A stretch of DNA of 64,000 nucleotides, from the NCBI RefSeq assembly GCF_022045235.1, contig NW_027266270.1, forward strand, positions 9,486,001-9,550,000. Direction: 5' to 3'. Of this stretch, positions 40,002 through 53,151 are shown in pieces; the stretch's first letter is position 1, and every line of letters begins with the position of its first letter. Both the position numbers and the translations under genes were made by a program. This DNA comes from Haliotis cracherodii (lineage: Eukaryota). The notes under the pieces are model-generated. The model had not been told where the DNA came from, ran no database searches, and saw only the letters and a program-made list of their open reading frames with translations.

Positions 40002-40150
40002 GGTCACGTGGTGGTCATTACTGTAATCACAACAGTAACTGACATGAGAAAGGTAAAGTGGAAGCCTATGTGTCAACATAGGAGTTCTCGGGACAACGGC
40101 ATTGTGGCACTGCCATCTCCATCATTGTGTTGACAGTCAGGGGTATATAA
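40002..40150 (+). promoter_or_regulatory. Conserved proximal promoter of paralog F
   Basis: GGTCACGTG at 40002-40010; GAAGCCtatGTGTCAACAT at 40061-40079; TATATAA at 40144-40150. Confidence 0.7.
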
Positions 40151-40267
40151 CAGGCAAGTGACCGCTTGTGGTCATTCCTTCTCGGACTTCCATACATTCA
40201 CTTCGGATTACCAACAAGATCTGTGGATTTTATACGCATACTGGAATTACACACAACATCCAGAAAC

Positions 40268-42087
40268 ATGAACCGTTGTGATTCTCGTGTTCACCTGTTG
40301 GATTGTGATATCCTTGAGGATGTCCGTCAGGTAGAGCTAGAAGGTAGGTCATACCTGTGTTATTGTCTCTCTGTGCTATGATGTGGGATGCATACAAACC
40401 GACCTCAAGATAATAACTTCTGAAAGTTTCTGGAGTGTCCGAAATAAATATACTACCGTCGGTATACGTTTTGTACCCTTTCCATCACATTTTGGACATT
40501 TTCAGTAATTCTATCTACTTGATATATTTGATGAAATGGATGATCTGAATTCATGATTATGTTCCTTTTTAATATTAGTTTTATTCAGGAACAGGAAAGC
40601 ATGTGCATGACAGCTTATATTCAATAAATATTTATTTTTCAGCTGAAAGTTCCTCTTCTGGGTACGATTCCAGCGAGGACGACACCCCCTCTCGCTCAGC
40701 AATGAAGCCGTCCCGCTCCACCCAAGGGGAGGTCATGATATTTAGAAGCACCGGGGGTCTGCACGATAGCCTTGCTCTCATTCTTGATATGCCAGAGATG
40801 TGTGACGTCACATTCCTGGTCGGGAGGAGGCAGGTTCCTGTCTATGGTGTCAAAGCTATTCTGGCTACGAGAAGCAGGTAAGGTTCGATTACAAACCACC
40901 CATTGGGGAAGGGATGGGTCTGCCATTGTCCAGTAACAGTCCCTCCATGCTAGTTCTCACTTGTGAGACTAGTAGCCATTGCTGATTTAGCTAATAACAC
41001 TTGAACAACTCATTTTCCACACACACAAGAACGCCACCCGTAGAGGAAAGTATCACTACAATATCCCAAGTAGGTTGCCTGTACTCCATATTGGATAAAT
41101 GACAGTCCCACGTGTGACATGTATCCCGTCTATCACATGAAAACGTTACTAAATTAAGGTATAGAAGTAACATTGTTCTACCAAGGAAGTGCCGCTTCAT
41201 TCATTCATCAACTATGATGCATTTCTCAGCAGGCAATTTTTTATTCGTGTTGCAGATGCTTGTACCAACTAATTCTTCACCACCAAAGGAAGGCGGAGAC
41301 GGAATCATCCAACAAAAAGTCAAAGAAGGCAAAACGTTCACCCCTCCCCCAGAAGCTGGTGATCAACGTGCAGGACTACTCAGCTGAGGATTTCAGAGCG
41401 TTCATCACATTCGTACACTCGGGAAAGGTCAAGGTTGACGCCAGCAACGTAATTGGTAAGTCACTGGCCATTATAAAACGAATATACTACAAGCACTATT
41501 GACTCTTCATATTCCATCTCCTTGTTAAAAATCAGGGCCATTGTAATGATGTGTTTATTTTCAAATTAAGTTATTTTTCGTTTCTTCAGGTCTCCTCTGT
41601 GCTTCTGTCGAATATGGATTCTCCGACCTTCATGCCGCATGCGCAAAGTTCATCCAGAGATCCCAGGAGCAAGGTCAAAGCAAATACGTTCTTGATTCAG
41701 CGTGGACCTACCAACACAAGAAGGCGGCTCAGAAACTTATTTGCAAGGTAAGCATCCTGATCTATCTATACACTGCACTGATGTTTCTTTGATGTTTCAC
41801 AATACCCGTAGGCTTCACCAAAAATGGTAAACGCATAAGAACTGTATCTCTACAGGCTTCCTCCCACATTAATATTACGCGCCGTGATCTAAAATCCACC
41901 AAATGATGATAACGCTCACGTTAAAGCGTTACATTATTAACCTGCAGTCAGTGTGCACTCGATTTTCATTCTAAGCTTCCTCGGGAGTTTTAATTCTCGC
42001 AATGTCATCAGCTTATATATCGAATAATCTGTGAGACCGTATTATCATTTCTCATTACTCTTTCAGCTCTCCAGTGTCTCCAGATGA
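40268..42087 (+). CDS. BTB/POZ protein paralog F, 5 exons, 229 aa, head-to-head with E
   Basis: Exons 40268-40343, 40643-40877, 41256-41455, 41590-41747, 42067-42087. GT-AG introns with the same phases. Translation MNRCDSRVHLLD...SSGYDSSEDD...MPEMCDVTFLVGRRQVPVYGVKAILATRSR...LSSVSR*. Confidence 0.9.
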
Positions 42088-43984
42088 ATATGCCCAACTA
42101 CCCCTGGCTAATTGACGTCTCCTCACAATCAACAAGGGGCTTCGTTCTTCCAGGGAAGACAGACGTTGTACGAGAGCAAGGATGGATATACCCTTTCAGA
42201 AAAGGGATCAATATAGTGCTGAACATAAAGAATATGTGATACCTCGATCGAAAGACGGGGACAGTGTGCTGCTAGTCATTTGTAACCTCGAATATATACA
42301 CATGTATGACATAAGCTTGATGACTGCTTCAACCAGGGCTTCAGCCATTAACGAAGCAATGTCAGAAGTGTATTACATGTCTACATTACTGGAGTTACTG
42401 ATTAAGACCTATTTTATAGATGTGTATTTTATTCCAACTATGTGAGAGAATGTTATATCAGATTATTTTTACATATATGTTATTAAAGTGCTATTCATAT
42501 ATATACGTCTTTGTTGTTGTATTTTCGCCCTCCCATTACGCTTCCTTATGAATTAGATGCTTATACCGGCACAATCCATCGCGTGGATCCATGTGTCCTC
42601 TCTCTCTGTGTTGTTTCAAATACCTGTGATAAAGGTATAAAGTTGCTATCGTTTCATATTGTGGATAATATTCTAGTAAGCACGCCGATAGTCCATTAGC
42701 GAACATGACAAAGGTCGCAACAACGTGTCGCCGAAAATATCCATGTGACATCAGCAGGGGTACAAGAGAATTTAGCTGTATCAGTGCAGTCCAGAACCGA
42801 GCATATAGGGTTTTCTAAGCAAAACACTGTCACTAACCAAACACAGATTTGAAATATTTCGGTTTTGGCGCGGACTTTTTGCTGTTGAGCAATCAATAAT
42901 CAGAGAGCTATTTGCAGGTGGTCCGTTAATTACCGCAATTCATGGAATAACTAGTAAATATTTGCATTACAAAGTAGACACAATTTATAGATAACAACTT
43001 CATTAATAACTGCCATCCGTCATGCCTTTACAGTAATTAGAGAAGCTGTTATCCTTAAAGTGTGTCTACATTGTCATCCGTCAAGTATTTGCATTGCTTT
43101 GCAGCCTTCATGTTTTCGATTTGTACAATATTTCATGTTCACACTCATCTGGCTTAAATGCTTTTCTTTCCTTAGATTACCATGACTGGTTTACAAAGTC
43201 TTTAGCTTGATCATAGCCAGGCAAATGAAAATAACTTTCGTACATTGTGTTGAACCTCTTGTAAGTTTTGCTTAAATATATCTCAGCGTAGCATTGGGAT
43301 AGACCTAGGTGAATTTATTCGGTGGAGGTGGATTCCTATTAAAGGCAGAATATGTATATAATTAGTAACGTTGTGGATGACGAAACATATTTTCCAGCTG
43401 ATTGTAGCTTCTGCCCAGACCTGAGGTACAACCTATGGAAATTAGCATCCCAGAATTATCCTACATTTTCGCAGATGTCCTCTGTCGACCCGACCGTACT
43501 CCTAATGCGGAACGATTGGTCAGCTGGACCCTAGCCTACAATAACATCGGGAATCCCTGCTCTGGTCCTGACAGATTTAATCTGACAAATTTACTCTCTG
43601 AAGAGATATTGTTAGATATATAGTAAAACAATATTCACTCTTGGGTAAACTGTGAGGACGAATATGTACACGACATAGATATCGAAATCCTTTACATCTA
43701 CACACAAGGTAGTACTTTGTGAATAAAGTTTATTAGGAGCAGGAGATATACGTTTTTTCCGCCCACAAGACAAAATAACACAAATGCACATAGACTGACG
43801 CGAAAAAATGTGTACACTTTTAAAGATCTCTATAAAGGATTAACCAAACTTCATGTCCGAACACGCGTACACTTACGCGTCAAACTATTCAGTCGAATTG
43901 TTTACAACCGACTTGCCATTTAGCGAACACCCGGTATCATCACTATTTTATAAAGACAAACTCATGATATATATAGTGTATGAG

Positions 43985-44235
43985 TGAGTATGTTGGAGTA
44001 TGTTAAGAAAAGAAGAGGGGCGAAATGGGCTTAACCAATTGAGAGTGTACCGATGTTAGAAGCAAGTGTACGGGACAGAAGACCATGTAAGATGTCCAGT
44101 AACTATAGATCGGCACTAGACCAAGGTATACTTGTCCACAATATAAAATAGTTTCACTGGAATGACAGCGTAGAAGATGAGGTACATGTTTTGTTTCACT
44201 GCGTATTATATGACGATATCCGGCAACTCTTTTTA
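43985..44235 (+). mobile_element. Decayed LINE ORF2 C-terminal fragment
   Basis: 44167-44226 translates SVEDEVHVLFHCVLYDDIRQ (CCHC knuckle). Confidence 0.6.
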
Positions 44236-44531
44236 ATGTATTGATAAATCTGAGAATTTATTAGATAAACCTATTGTCTATCTGTTCTTCATTAATTAAC
44301 ACTAGCGATGATTTACAAAATGGGTAAATTCAAATATATAATGAAACTCAACGCCAGCTGACATTGTGCACAAAGGACATATTATATCAGGACTGAATGT
44401 ATCTATATATAGGTTGATAGTGATTGCTTCTTCTAAATCTAATCAAAAGGTTTTTACATGTTACACTTATGTACATGTAAGGTCCTTTCCCAAGCTGACG
44501 TTGATTCATGAATAACATTTACACATTTAAA

Positions 44532-45915
44532 CGTGATACAAGGGAGATCCCCAGTACCCATTCCGTGATACAAGGTTGATCCCCAGTAGTCATTCTGTGA
44601 TACAAGGTAGATCAACAGTAGCCATTCCGTGAAACAAGGTACATCCCCAGTACCCATTCCGTGATACAACGTAGACCCCAGTACCCTTTCCTTTATACAA
44701 GGGAAATCCCCAGTAGTCATTCTGTGATACAAGGTAGATCCCCAGTACCCATTCTGTAATACAAGGTGTATCCCCAGTACCCATTCTGTGATACAAAGTA
44801 GATCTCCAGTACCCATTCTGTGATACAAGGGAGATCCCCAGTAGCCATTCCGTGATACAAGGTTGATCTCAAGTAGCCATTCTGTGATACAAGGTAGATC
44901 CCCAGTACCCATTCCGTGATACAAGGGAAATCCCCAGTAGTCATTCTGTGATACAGGGTAGATCCCAATATCCCAACCCGTGAGAGACCGTAGATCCCAA
45001 GTACCCATTCCGCGAGACAAGGTATATCCCCAGTACTCGTTTCGTGATACAAGGTAGATCCCCAGTACCCATTCCGTGATACAAGGGAGATCCCCAGTAC
45101 CCATTCTGTGATACAAGGGAGATCCCCAGTACCCATTCTGTGATACAAGGGAGATCCCCAGTACCCATTCTGTGATACAAGGGAGATCCCTAGTACCCAT
45201 TCCGTGATACAAGGTAGATCCCCAGTACCCATTCTGTGATACAAGGGAGATCCCCAGTAGCCATTCTGTGATACAAGGTTGATCCCCAGTACCCATTCCG
45301 TGATACAAGGTAGATCCCAAGTACCCATTCCGTGATACAAAGGAGATCCCAAGTACCCATTCTGTGATACAAGGTAGATCCCCAGTACCCATTCCGTGAT
45401 ACAAGGTTGATCCCCAGTACCCATTCCGTGATACAAGGTATATCCCCAGTACACATTCCGTGATACAAGGGAGATCCCCAGTACACATTCTGCGATACAA
45501 GGTAGATCCCCAGTACCCATTCCGTGATACAAGGTTGATCCCCAGGAGTCATTCTGTGATACAAGGGAGATCCCAAATAGTCATTCTGTGATACAAGGTA
45601 GATACCCAGTACCCATTCTGTGATACAAGGTAGATCCCCAGTACCCATTCCGTGATACAAGGTTGATCCCCAGTAGTCATTCTGTGATACAAGGTAGATT
45701 CCCAGTACCCATTCTGTGATGCAAGGTTGATCCCAAGTAGCCATTCCGCGAGACAAGGTGCATCCCCAGTAGCCATTCTGTGATACAAGGTAGGTCCCCA
45801 ATATCCCAACCCGTGAGAGACCGTAGATCCGAAGTACCAATTCCGCGAGAAAAAGTATATCTCCAGTACACATTCCGTGACACAAGGTATATCTCCAGTG
45901 CCCAATCCATGATAC
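44532..45915. repeat. 32-bp minisatellite array (~43 units)
   Basis: Unit CGTGATACAAGGKAGATCCCCAGTACCCATTC. The ORF track shows 32-aa periodicity, equal to 3 units. Confidence 0.95.
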
Positions 45916-46775
45916 ACGGAGAGTACTAGACGAGTGTTTGTCAGATACGATTTATCTTACAACGATTTGTACCAACGATTTTTACCATTTGTCATTTGAT
46001 TATAAAATGTATGATGAATTTAGGGATGCATGTATGGCAGCTGAGTTTGAAATATACCTGCTCGAATAGGAGTCTCATAAGCTGCATACGTGAAACGTGA
46101 ATTTGCAAACACTATCCAATATGGCGGAACGTACACTTCAGCGTTCGTGTTTGCGTATTTTACTAAACATTTTAAATGAGACTAGGCTTATGGGAGACGT
46201 TTCAGAATTAGTGATTTGATGAAAAAAAGATACCCGTGATCAATAATAAGCTATTTTTGAAATTCAATAATTCGAGTAAATATCTGATATTTAGATTTCT
46301 AAACACACAGTATATAATGCTGTGAAGGGTGTTTTAGTGATGTGTCAAAAATGGAGAGATTTACGATGTACCTAATTTTCATAGGTCACTCTCAGTAATT
46401 TTGCTTTGCTTAATAAATTTATTGTCAGTGAATGATATCGCAGAAGAGGGAATTATCAGTCTATTAATGTGCGTGATATATTTTGAATTTCATTCGACTT
46501 CAAAGTGAGGGTTGAAGAGGAGGGATATACATGTCGCTGTGGCATCCAGTGGGTTATACTCTGAAAAGCCATAACGTTCAACACGGACGAAGGTGAACAT
46601 TAGACTGAAGCACGAGCAACTTATGAATGAATTACAAACAGGAAAGAGGTCCGCCATAAACCGACCTCAGGTCATCACCATGGAGTAGCCAATCATGGGC
46701 CTGGAATTGGATCTCACACATATGTTTGATACCAGTTATCGCAAATGGGTTTCTCACCCACAGGTGTGTAAGAAA

Positions 46776-47248
46776 AGGTAGATCCCCAGTACCCATTTCG
46801 CGAGACAAGGTAAGATCCCAAATACCAATCTGCGAGACAAGGGCCGAATACGTATTCTGTGATACACGGTACATCCCCAGTACCCATTCCGTGATACAAG
46901 GGAGGTCCCCAGTACCCATTCCGCGAGACAAGATAGATCTCCAGTACCCATTCCGTGAGACAAGGGCCCAGTACCCATTCCGTGATACAAGGTCGATCCC
47001 CAGTACCCATTCCGCGATTCAAGATAGATCTCCAGTACCCATTCCGTGATACAAGGTAGATCCCAAGTACCTATTCCGTTATACAAGGTAGATCCCCTGT
47101 ACCCATTCCGTGATATTAGGTAGACCCCCAGTACCCATTCAGTGATAGAACCAAGTACCCAATCCGTGATACAAGGTTGATCCCAAGTACCCATTTCGTG
47201 AGAGGAGATACATCCCCAGTAGCCTACCTGTGAGACAGCATAGATTCC
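46776..47248. repeat. Second array of the 32-bp minisatellite
   Basis: Same unit, more degenerate. Confidence 0.9.
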
Positions 47249-48169
47249 TAACAAACCAATCACTGTCATTTTTCAATATGAGATGGTTTGATTGAGCAAA
47301 TATTGAACATATGTGGTTCGAGCTCGTGGTTAAAGCTGGGCAGTGAGAACAAATATAAAATAGAATAACTACCAGCAGACATCCTTATGCGAGTTTCGTT
47401 GAAGTGATGTGTCACCCACCTACTTGAATACAGCATTTCTCGGAATTGCAATGCGGCGTCCTTCTTCTGAAAAACACTTCGGATCCTGTATGTCAGTATC
47501 TGTCGCCGCATGCACAAAGTAAAACATAGAAAGGTATAATGGTTAAAGGGAGACTTCACATTTTTCAGCCAAATTTGTCATGGTCTATAAAAGTTATAAT
47601 ACAAGTCAATTGTAAAATGATAATTGTTTCCGTGCAGGTTAATTATTAGCTGTTTAGAGTGACATACATCATACGGTTTGTGTTTGTGTACTTTTGAAGG
47701 CTTCAATAAACTTTCGACTGCTAATTTTTCAGAGGAGTGTTGACCTTTAACAGAAAGCTCGCCTGGTAAGACCCGAATGTTATGACAGTGATGTAACGCC
47801 GGTCAACATATGTTTACAGGGCAGGGTCCTGGTATCTGTCAAACACCTGTTCGCTTCATAACTGTACCAGGGTACTATTACATGTAGTGAGAGGAGTGTT
47901 TAACAGATATGATTACGATTGTGGGTCAAATCCTACTTCCTTCTTAACTTTAACCTATTCGGAGTGTGTGCCTATCTGTAAATGTGGTCGGTGTTCAGGA
48001 ACGACAGCTCGAGCTATAACGGTGATGTCGCTATGCTCTATTGAGAATTCAAACGTAACCAGTGATAACGTGACTGTTCTGTTTAAGGAACAACGGTTCA
48101 TATACTCGTTGAACTGTGATACTGTAAGCCAGCACACTCAGAGCAACCATCCGGTAATCAGTTTATTCC

Positions 48170-48430
48170 TGACGGGTAGGTTACGGGGAGGTTACTGGGA
48201 ATCCACCCCGTCTCACGAGTAGGTTACGGGTAGGTTACTGGGAATCTACAACGTCTCACGGATAGGTTACTGGATATCCACCCCGTCTCACGAGTAGGTT
48301 ACAGGTAGGTTACGGGTAGGTTACAGGGAATCTACCACGTCTCACGGGTAGGTTACTGGATATCCACCCCGTCTCACGGGTAGGTTACTGGGTATCTACA
48401 CCGTCTCACGGTGGGGTATTTGGGATCTGA
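48170..48430. repeat. Inverted, diverged 32-bp minisatellite variant
   Basis: Unit GGGTAGGTTACTGGGAATCTACAACGTCTCAC. Its reverse complement resembles the 44.5-kb unit. Confidence 0.8.
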
Positions 48431-48934
48431 ACTGCCCGACAGGTAGTGGGCTGGAAATTTAACCTGACTCACAGGTCGGGGGGTACTGGGGACCTGGCTT
48501 CCCCTCACCCGTGGGGTCCTCAATCGTCTCAAGAATTGGTTACTTGTGCATTTATTCTGACTCACGCATGGGGTATTCTATTTCTATCTCAAGGATGAGG
48601 ACCTATCCTGTTTCACAAATACGGGGAACTATGTTCCTGTCAGAAAGGATTACCATTCGATCCTGATAATATTCGTTACTCATGAGTACCAGGAATCAAA
48701 CCCGATTCAAGGTTGGGATACTACGAAACTACTCTGACTCTCAGTCGCGCGATGAGTACCATTAATATAACCAGACGTGTAATGGAATTGTGTAGTATAT
48801 ATTCTATTTAATAAAAGTAGGTAAATGACAAAGAGTACAATTACCCCCCCCCCCCCCCTCCCCGTATCCCTCTCTAAAGCCATGTTATATGTTTTGTAAG
48901 TAAGTTTGTGAATATTGTTCAGTGATATTGTATC

Positions 48935-49334
48935 ACTCTCCTCCCTCTCTATCTCCCTCTCTCAATCTCTATCTCTCTATCTCTACTCTCTCTCTCTCTC
49001 TCTCTATCTCTCCCCTCTCCCTCTATCTCTACTCTCTCTCTCCCCTCTCTCACTATCTCTATCTCTCCCCTCTCTCTCNNNNNNNNNNNNNNNNNNNNNN
49101 NNNNNNNNNNNNNNNNNNNNNNNNNNNNNNNNNNNNNNNNNNNNNNNNNNNNNNNNNNNNNNNNNNNNNNNNNNNNNNNNNNNNNNNNNNNNNNNNNNNN
49201 NNNNNNNNNNNNNNNNNNNNNNNNNNNNNCTATCTCTCTCTCTATCTCTCCCCTCTCCCTCTATCTCTACTCTCACTCCCCCTCTCTCACTATCTCTATC
49301 TCTCCCCTCTCTCTCTATCTCCCCCCTCTCTCTA

Positions 49335-49365
<31 letters not shown>

Positions 49366-50041
49366 CTCCCTCTCTCTATCTCTCTCTCTATCTCTACTCT
49401 CTCTATCTCTCTCTCTATCTCTCCCCTCTCCCTCTATCTCTAATCTCTCTCCCCCTCTCTCACTATCTCACTATCTCTATCTCTCCCCTCTCNNNNNNNN
49501 NNNNNNNNNNNNNNNNNNNNNNNNNNNNNNNNNNNNNNNNNNNNNNNNNNNNNNNNNNNNNNNNNNNNNNNNNNNNNNNNNNNNNNNNNNNNNNNNNNNN
49601 NNNNNNNNNNNNNNNNNNNNNNNNNNNNNNNNNNNNNNNNNNNNNNNNNNNNNNNNNNNNNNNNNNNNNNNNNNNNNNNNNNNNNNNNNNNNNNNNNNNN
49701 NNNNNNNNNNNNNNNNNNNNNNNNNNNNNNNNNNNNNNNNNNNNNNNNNNNNNNNNNNNNNNNNNNNNNNNNNNNNNNNNNNNNNNNNNNNTACCTCTCT
49801 CTCTATCTCTCCCCTCTCCCTCTATCTCTACTCTCTCTCCCCCTCTCTCACTATCTCACTATCTCTATCTCTCCCCTCTCTCTCTATCTCTCCCCCTCTC
49901 TCTATCTCTCTCTATCTCCCCCTCTCTCGCAATCTCTCTCCTCTATCTCTCTCTTCTCTCTTTATCTCTCTCCCCTCTCTCTATCTCTCTCCTCTCTCTC
50001 TATCTATCTCTCCCTCTCTCTCTATATCTTCTCTTTATCTC

Positions 50042-50079
<38 letters not shown>

Positions 50080-50282
50080 ATTATAGAAAAAATCTCTCCC
50101 CCTCTCTCTATCTCTCTCTATCTCCCCCTCTCTCTCAATCTCTCTCCTCTATCTCTCTCCTCTCTCTTTATCTCTCTCCCCTCTCTCTATCTCTCTCCTC
50201 TCTCTCTATCTCTCCTATCTCTCTATCTCTCTCCCTCTCTCTATCTATCTCTCCCTCTCTCTCTATCTCATCTCTCTATCTC

Positions 50283-50348
<66 letters not shown>
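48935..50348. repeat. Compound (CT)n/(CTAT)/(TA)n microsatellite spanning two gaps
   Basis: Direct inspection. Gaps at 49079-49229 and 49493-49791. Confidence 0.95.
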
Positions 50349-50350
<2 letters not shown>

Positions 50351-51225
50351 GATAGAAAAAACTTCCATGTAAATACCAGTGTTGTAAAGAAAGAAACGTG
50401 TGAATAGTCGTAAACAGGTATGTAACACATCTGTTCTCTTTGTAATCTAGGCATGTGGCCTTTAGGTGCTTGAATAAAGATTGAGTGCAAACAACTCAAA
50501 ATATCTTATGTTTACAGAAATGTTAGGTCACATTTTTAAATCCTTTTTAAAGGTTTCTCCAGAATTACTACACATTCACATAAAGTGCTCTGTTCGGGAT
50601 TTTCGAAGGCGTGACATGCCCCTGGGAAGAATTCAGGAAGTGGGCCACTACCTGGTTGCACGCGATGTCAGCTACCCACGAAGCAGCATCATGGGTACAA
50701 TGGTGTTTAATGTGAGTCGGGGCGAACACTTTAGTGTCAACGAGCCCTGAGTGAGAATATTTATCTTTCGCCAGATTACACCGCGCTGCGTTTAAGGGTC
50801 ACTGTGACCTGTGTGGGAAAATTGATCTGTGATTCATGTTTCTGTGTAATAATATCAATGGCGCTTTGTGAATAGTAAATATATCGTGCATAGGACATTG
50901 TATTTTGTATTAATTTGATGAACTATTGATATGTATCAAATATTGCAGATTGTATGTGACAAGCGTAAATTCCGAAAACATTTATTTTTTATTATTCTAA
51001 GTTATTTTTCAAGATACTTCTTTAAAGCGATGACGTTTTTCCTATTCTTCATATCTATTTCAGTATATATAGATAATAAAAATAACACTGTTTAATATAT
51101 GTAGAATTATCATCAGTTATCATTTACACAAGAATGTTAAGAAAATAGATAACGAAAAAAGTGTACTCTGAGCTGTTCCGAGTTTATGAATCAGGAAGCT
51201 AAAACACCCTGATTGCGGTTATGTA

Positions 51226-51294
51226 GGGAAATTCCCTTTGCCCACTTCCTGATTGGTCACAATCTAGCCAATCAGGAAGAAAGGGGGAATTTCG
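51226..51294. promoter_or_regulatory. Symmetric NF-kB / ETS / CCAAT composite element
   Basis: GGGAAATTCCC at 51226-51236. CTTCCTGATTGG (51245-51256) and CCAATCAGGAAG (51268-51279) form a perfect inverted repeat. GGGGGAATTTCG at 51283-51294. Confidence 0.6.
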
Positions 51295-51559
51295 TCATGT
51301 GTGTGCTGGACCCGCCCGGCACATGTATGTGGCTAAATATGAGACTGATGCACGCGCTTCCTTTAACGACCTTTATTTGGCTGGTGACAAGCCGCACGGA
51401 CACAATATGAACTTGTTCATTACATGGAAACTTCACCCTTGTGACTATCGTACGACAAACCCTGGATAAAGGTAAGGCTTAATTTGTGCATCCAACTTAG
51501 TATATGTATTGGAGGATGAGATGATAACGTCACTGAAAAGTTGCTTGCTCCTATTTGAG

Positions 51560-52915
51560 ACCACTCTACCACTATCACCCCACCCCAACTCTACCTCTAC
51601 CATCTCCACCCCAATCCCACACCACCGAAACTCTATCACTAACACCCCAACCCAAATCTATCACTACCACCACCACCCAATCCCACTTCACCTCTACCAC
51701 TATCACCCCCACCCAATCCCACCTCACCTCTACCACAACCACCCACACCCAATCCCACCCCAACTCTATCACTACCACCCCACCCAATCCTACCCCAACT
51801 CTATCACTACAACCACCACCCAATCCCATCCCACCTCTACCACTACCACCCCTATCCAATCTCAACCCACCTCTACTACTACCACCCCCACCCAATCCTA
51901 CCCCACCTCTACCACTACCACCCCCACCCAATCCCACCTCACCTCTACCACTACCACCCCCACACCAACTCTATCACTACCACGCCACCTAATCCTACCC
52001 CAACTCTACCACTACCACCCCCACCCAATCCCACCCCACCTCTACCACTACCACCTCCACCCAATCTCAACCCAACTCTACTACTACCACCCCACCCAAT
52101 CTCAGCCCACCTCTACCACTAAAACCTTCACCCTTTCCCAAAATACTTCTATCAATAACACCACAACCCAATCCCACCCCACCTCTACCACTACCACCCC
52201 CACCCCACCTCTACCACTACCACCCCTACACAATCCCATCTCACCTCTATCACTACCATCCCCACCCAATCCTACCCCAACTCTATCACTACCACCACCA
52301 CCCAATCCCACCCCAACTCTATCAGTACCACCCCATCCAATCCTACCCCAACTCTATCACTACCACCACCACCCAATCCCACCTCACCTCTATCACTACC
52401 ACCCCACCCAATCCTACCCCAACTCTATCACTACCACCACCAATCAATCCCACCCCACCTCTACCACTACTACCACCACCCAATCACACCCCACCTCTAC
52501 CACAACCACTACCACCCCCACCCAATCCCAACCCACCTCTACCACTACTACCCCACCCAATCACACCCCACCTCTACCACTACCTCCCCAATCCCACCCA
52601 ACCTCTCCCACTACCACCCCCAGCCAACCTCTACCACTACCACCCCACCCTCAATCCACCGATATCACTACCACTTTACCACTACCGCCTCCATCCTACC
52701 CCACCCAGCCTCTACCATCCCAACCCAATCCCACCCCACCTTTACTACTACCACCCCCACCCAATCCCAACCCAATCCTACCACTACCACTACCACACCA
52801 CTCTCAATCCACCGATGTCATTTCAACTCTACCGCTATCGCCCCCGTCCTACCCCACCTCTGACACCACTCATCCATTCCACCTCTACCACCATCCCCAT
52901 CACCATCATAAGCAA
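51560..52915. repeat. C/A-rich ~36-bp tandem array
   Basis: Unit ~CCCAATCCCACCCCACCTCTACCACTACCACCCCCA. The overlapping ORF shows 12-aa periodicity. Confidence 0.9.
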
Positions 52916-53129
52916 CCATACCTATGGTATAATCAATCCCCAATTATCCATTTATCATAAACTTTAGTTGCAGCGTTACGTGGATAACATTCCCCAAATC
53001 CATGCTGCCTTAAATTGCCTGAACACGTTATACGCAAACACGAAAGCTGAACGACGGCTTTGTTTACAAATTTTAACTACCTTTGACCTCAAAACACTCA
53101 TCACGTGACTGGCAAACCAAATTTCAACA

Positions 53130-53151
53130 ATGGCGGATACACTATATCGAG
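53130..53151 (+). CDS. Candidate first coding exon (MADTLYR) of the SAM-Pointed gene
   Basis: caacaATGGCG Kozak-like start and G|GTAATA donor. Phase 1 is compatible with exon 60577. TCACGTGAC lies at 53101-53109. Confidence 0.4.

Noticed and set aside
44532-45915. CRISPR-like array
   Set aside because: Contiguous units with no unique spacers, no cas genes, and a eukaryotic context.
44454-45917. Long minus-strand ORFs (up to 348 aa)
   Set aside because: A by-product of a stop-free 32-bp repeat. The same peptide appears in all three frames.
47543-47750. TTAA-flanked MITE (TTAAAGG...CCTTTAA)
   Set aside because: The terminal match is only a few bases and there is a single copy in the window, so it cannot be supported.
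48915-50372. 485-aa Leu/Ser ORF and other X-containing ORFs
   Set aside because: Artefacts of microsatellite sequence and N-gaps.
51509-52960. 483-aa mucin/extensin-like ORF
   Set aside because: A G-poor tandem repeat lacking stops. The peptide switches among three repeat frames, there is no ATG start and no signal peptide.
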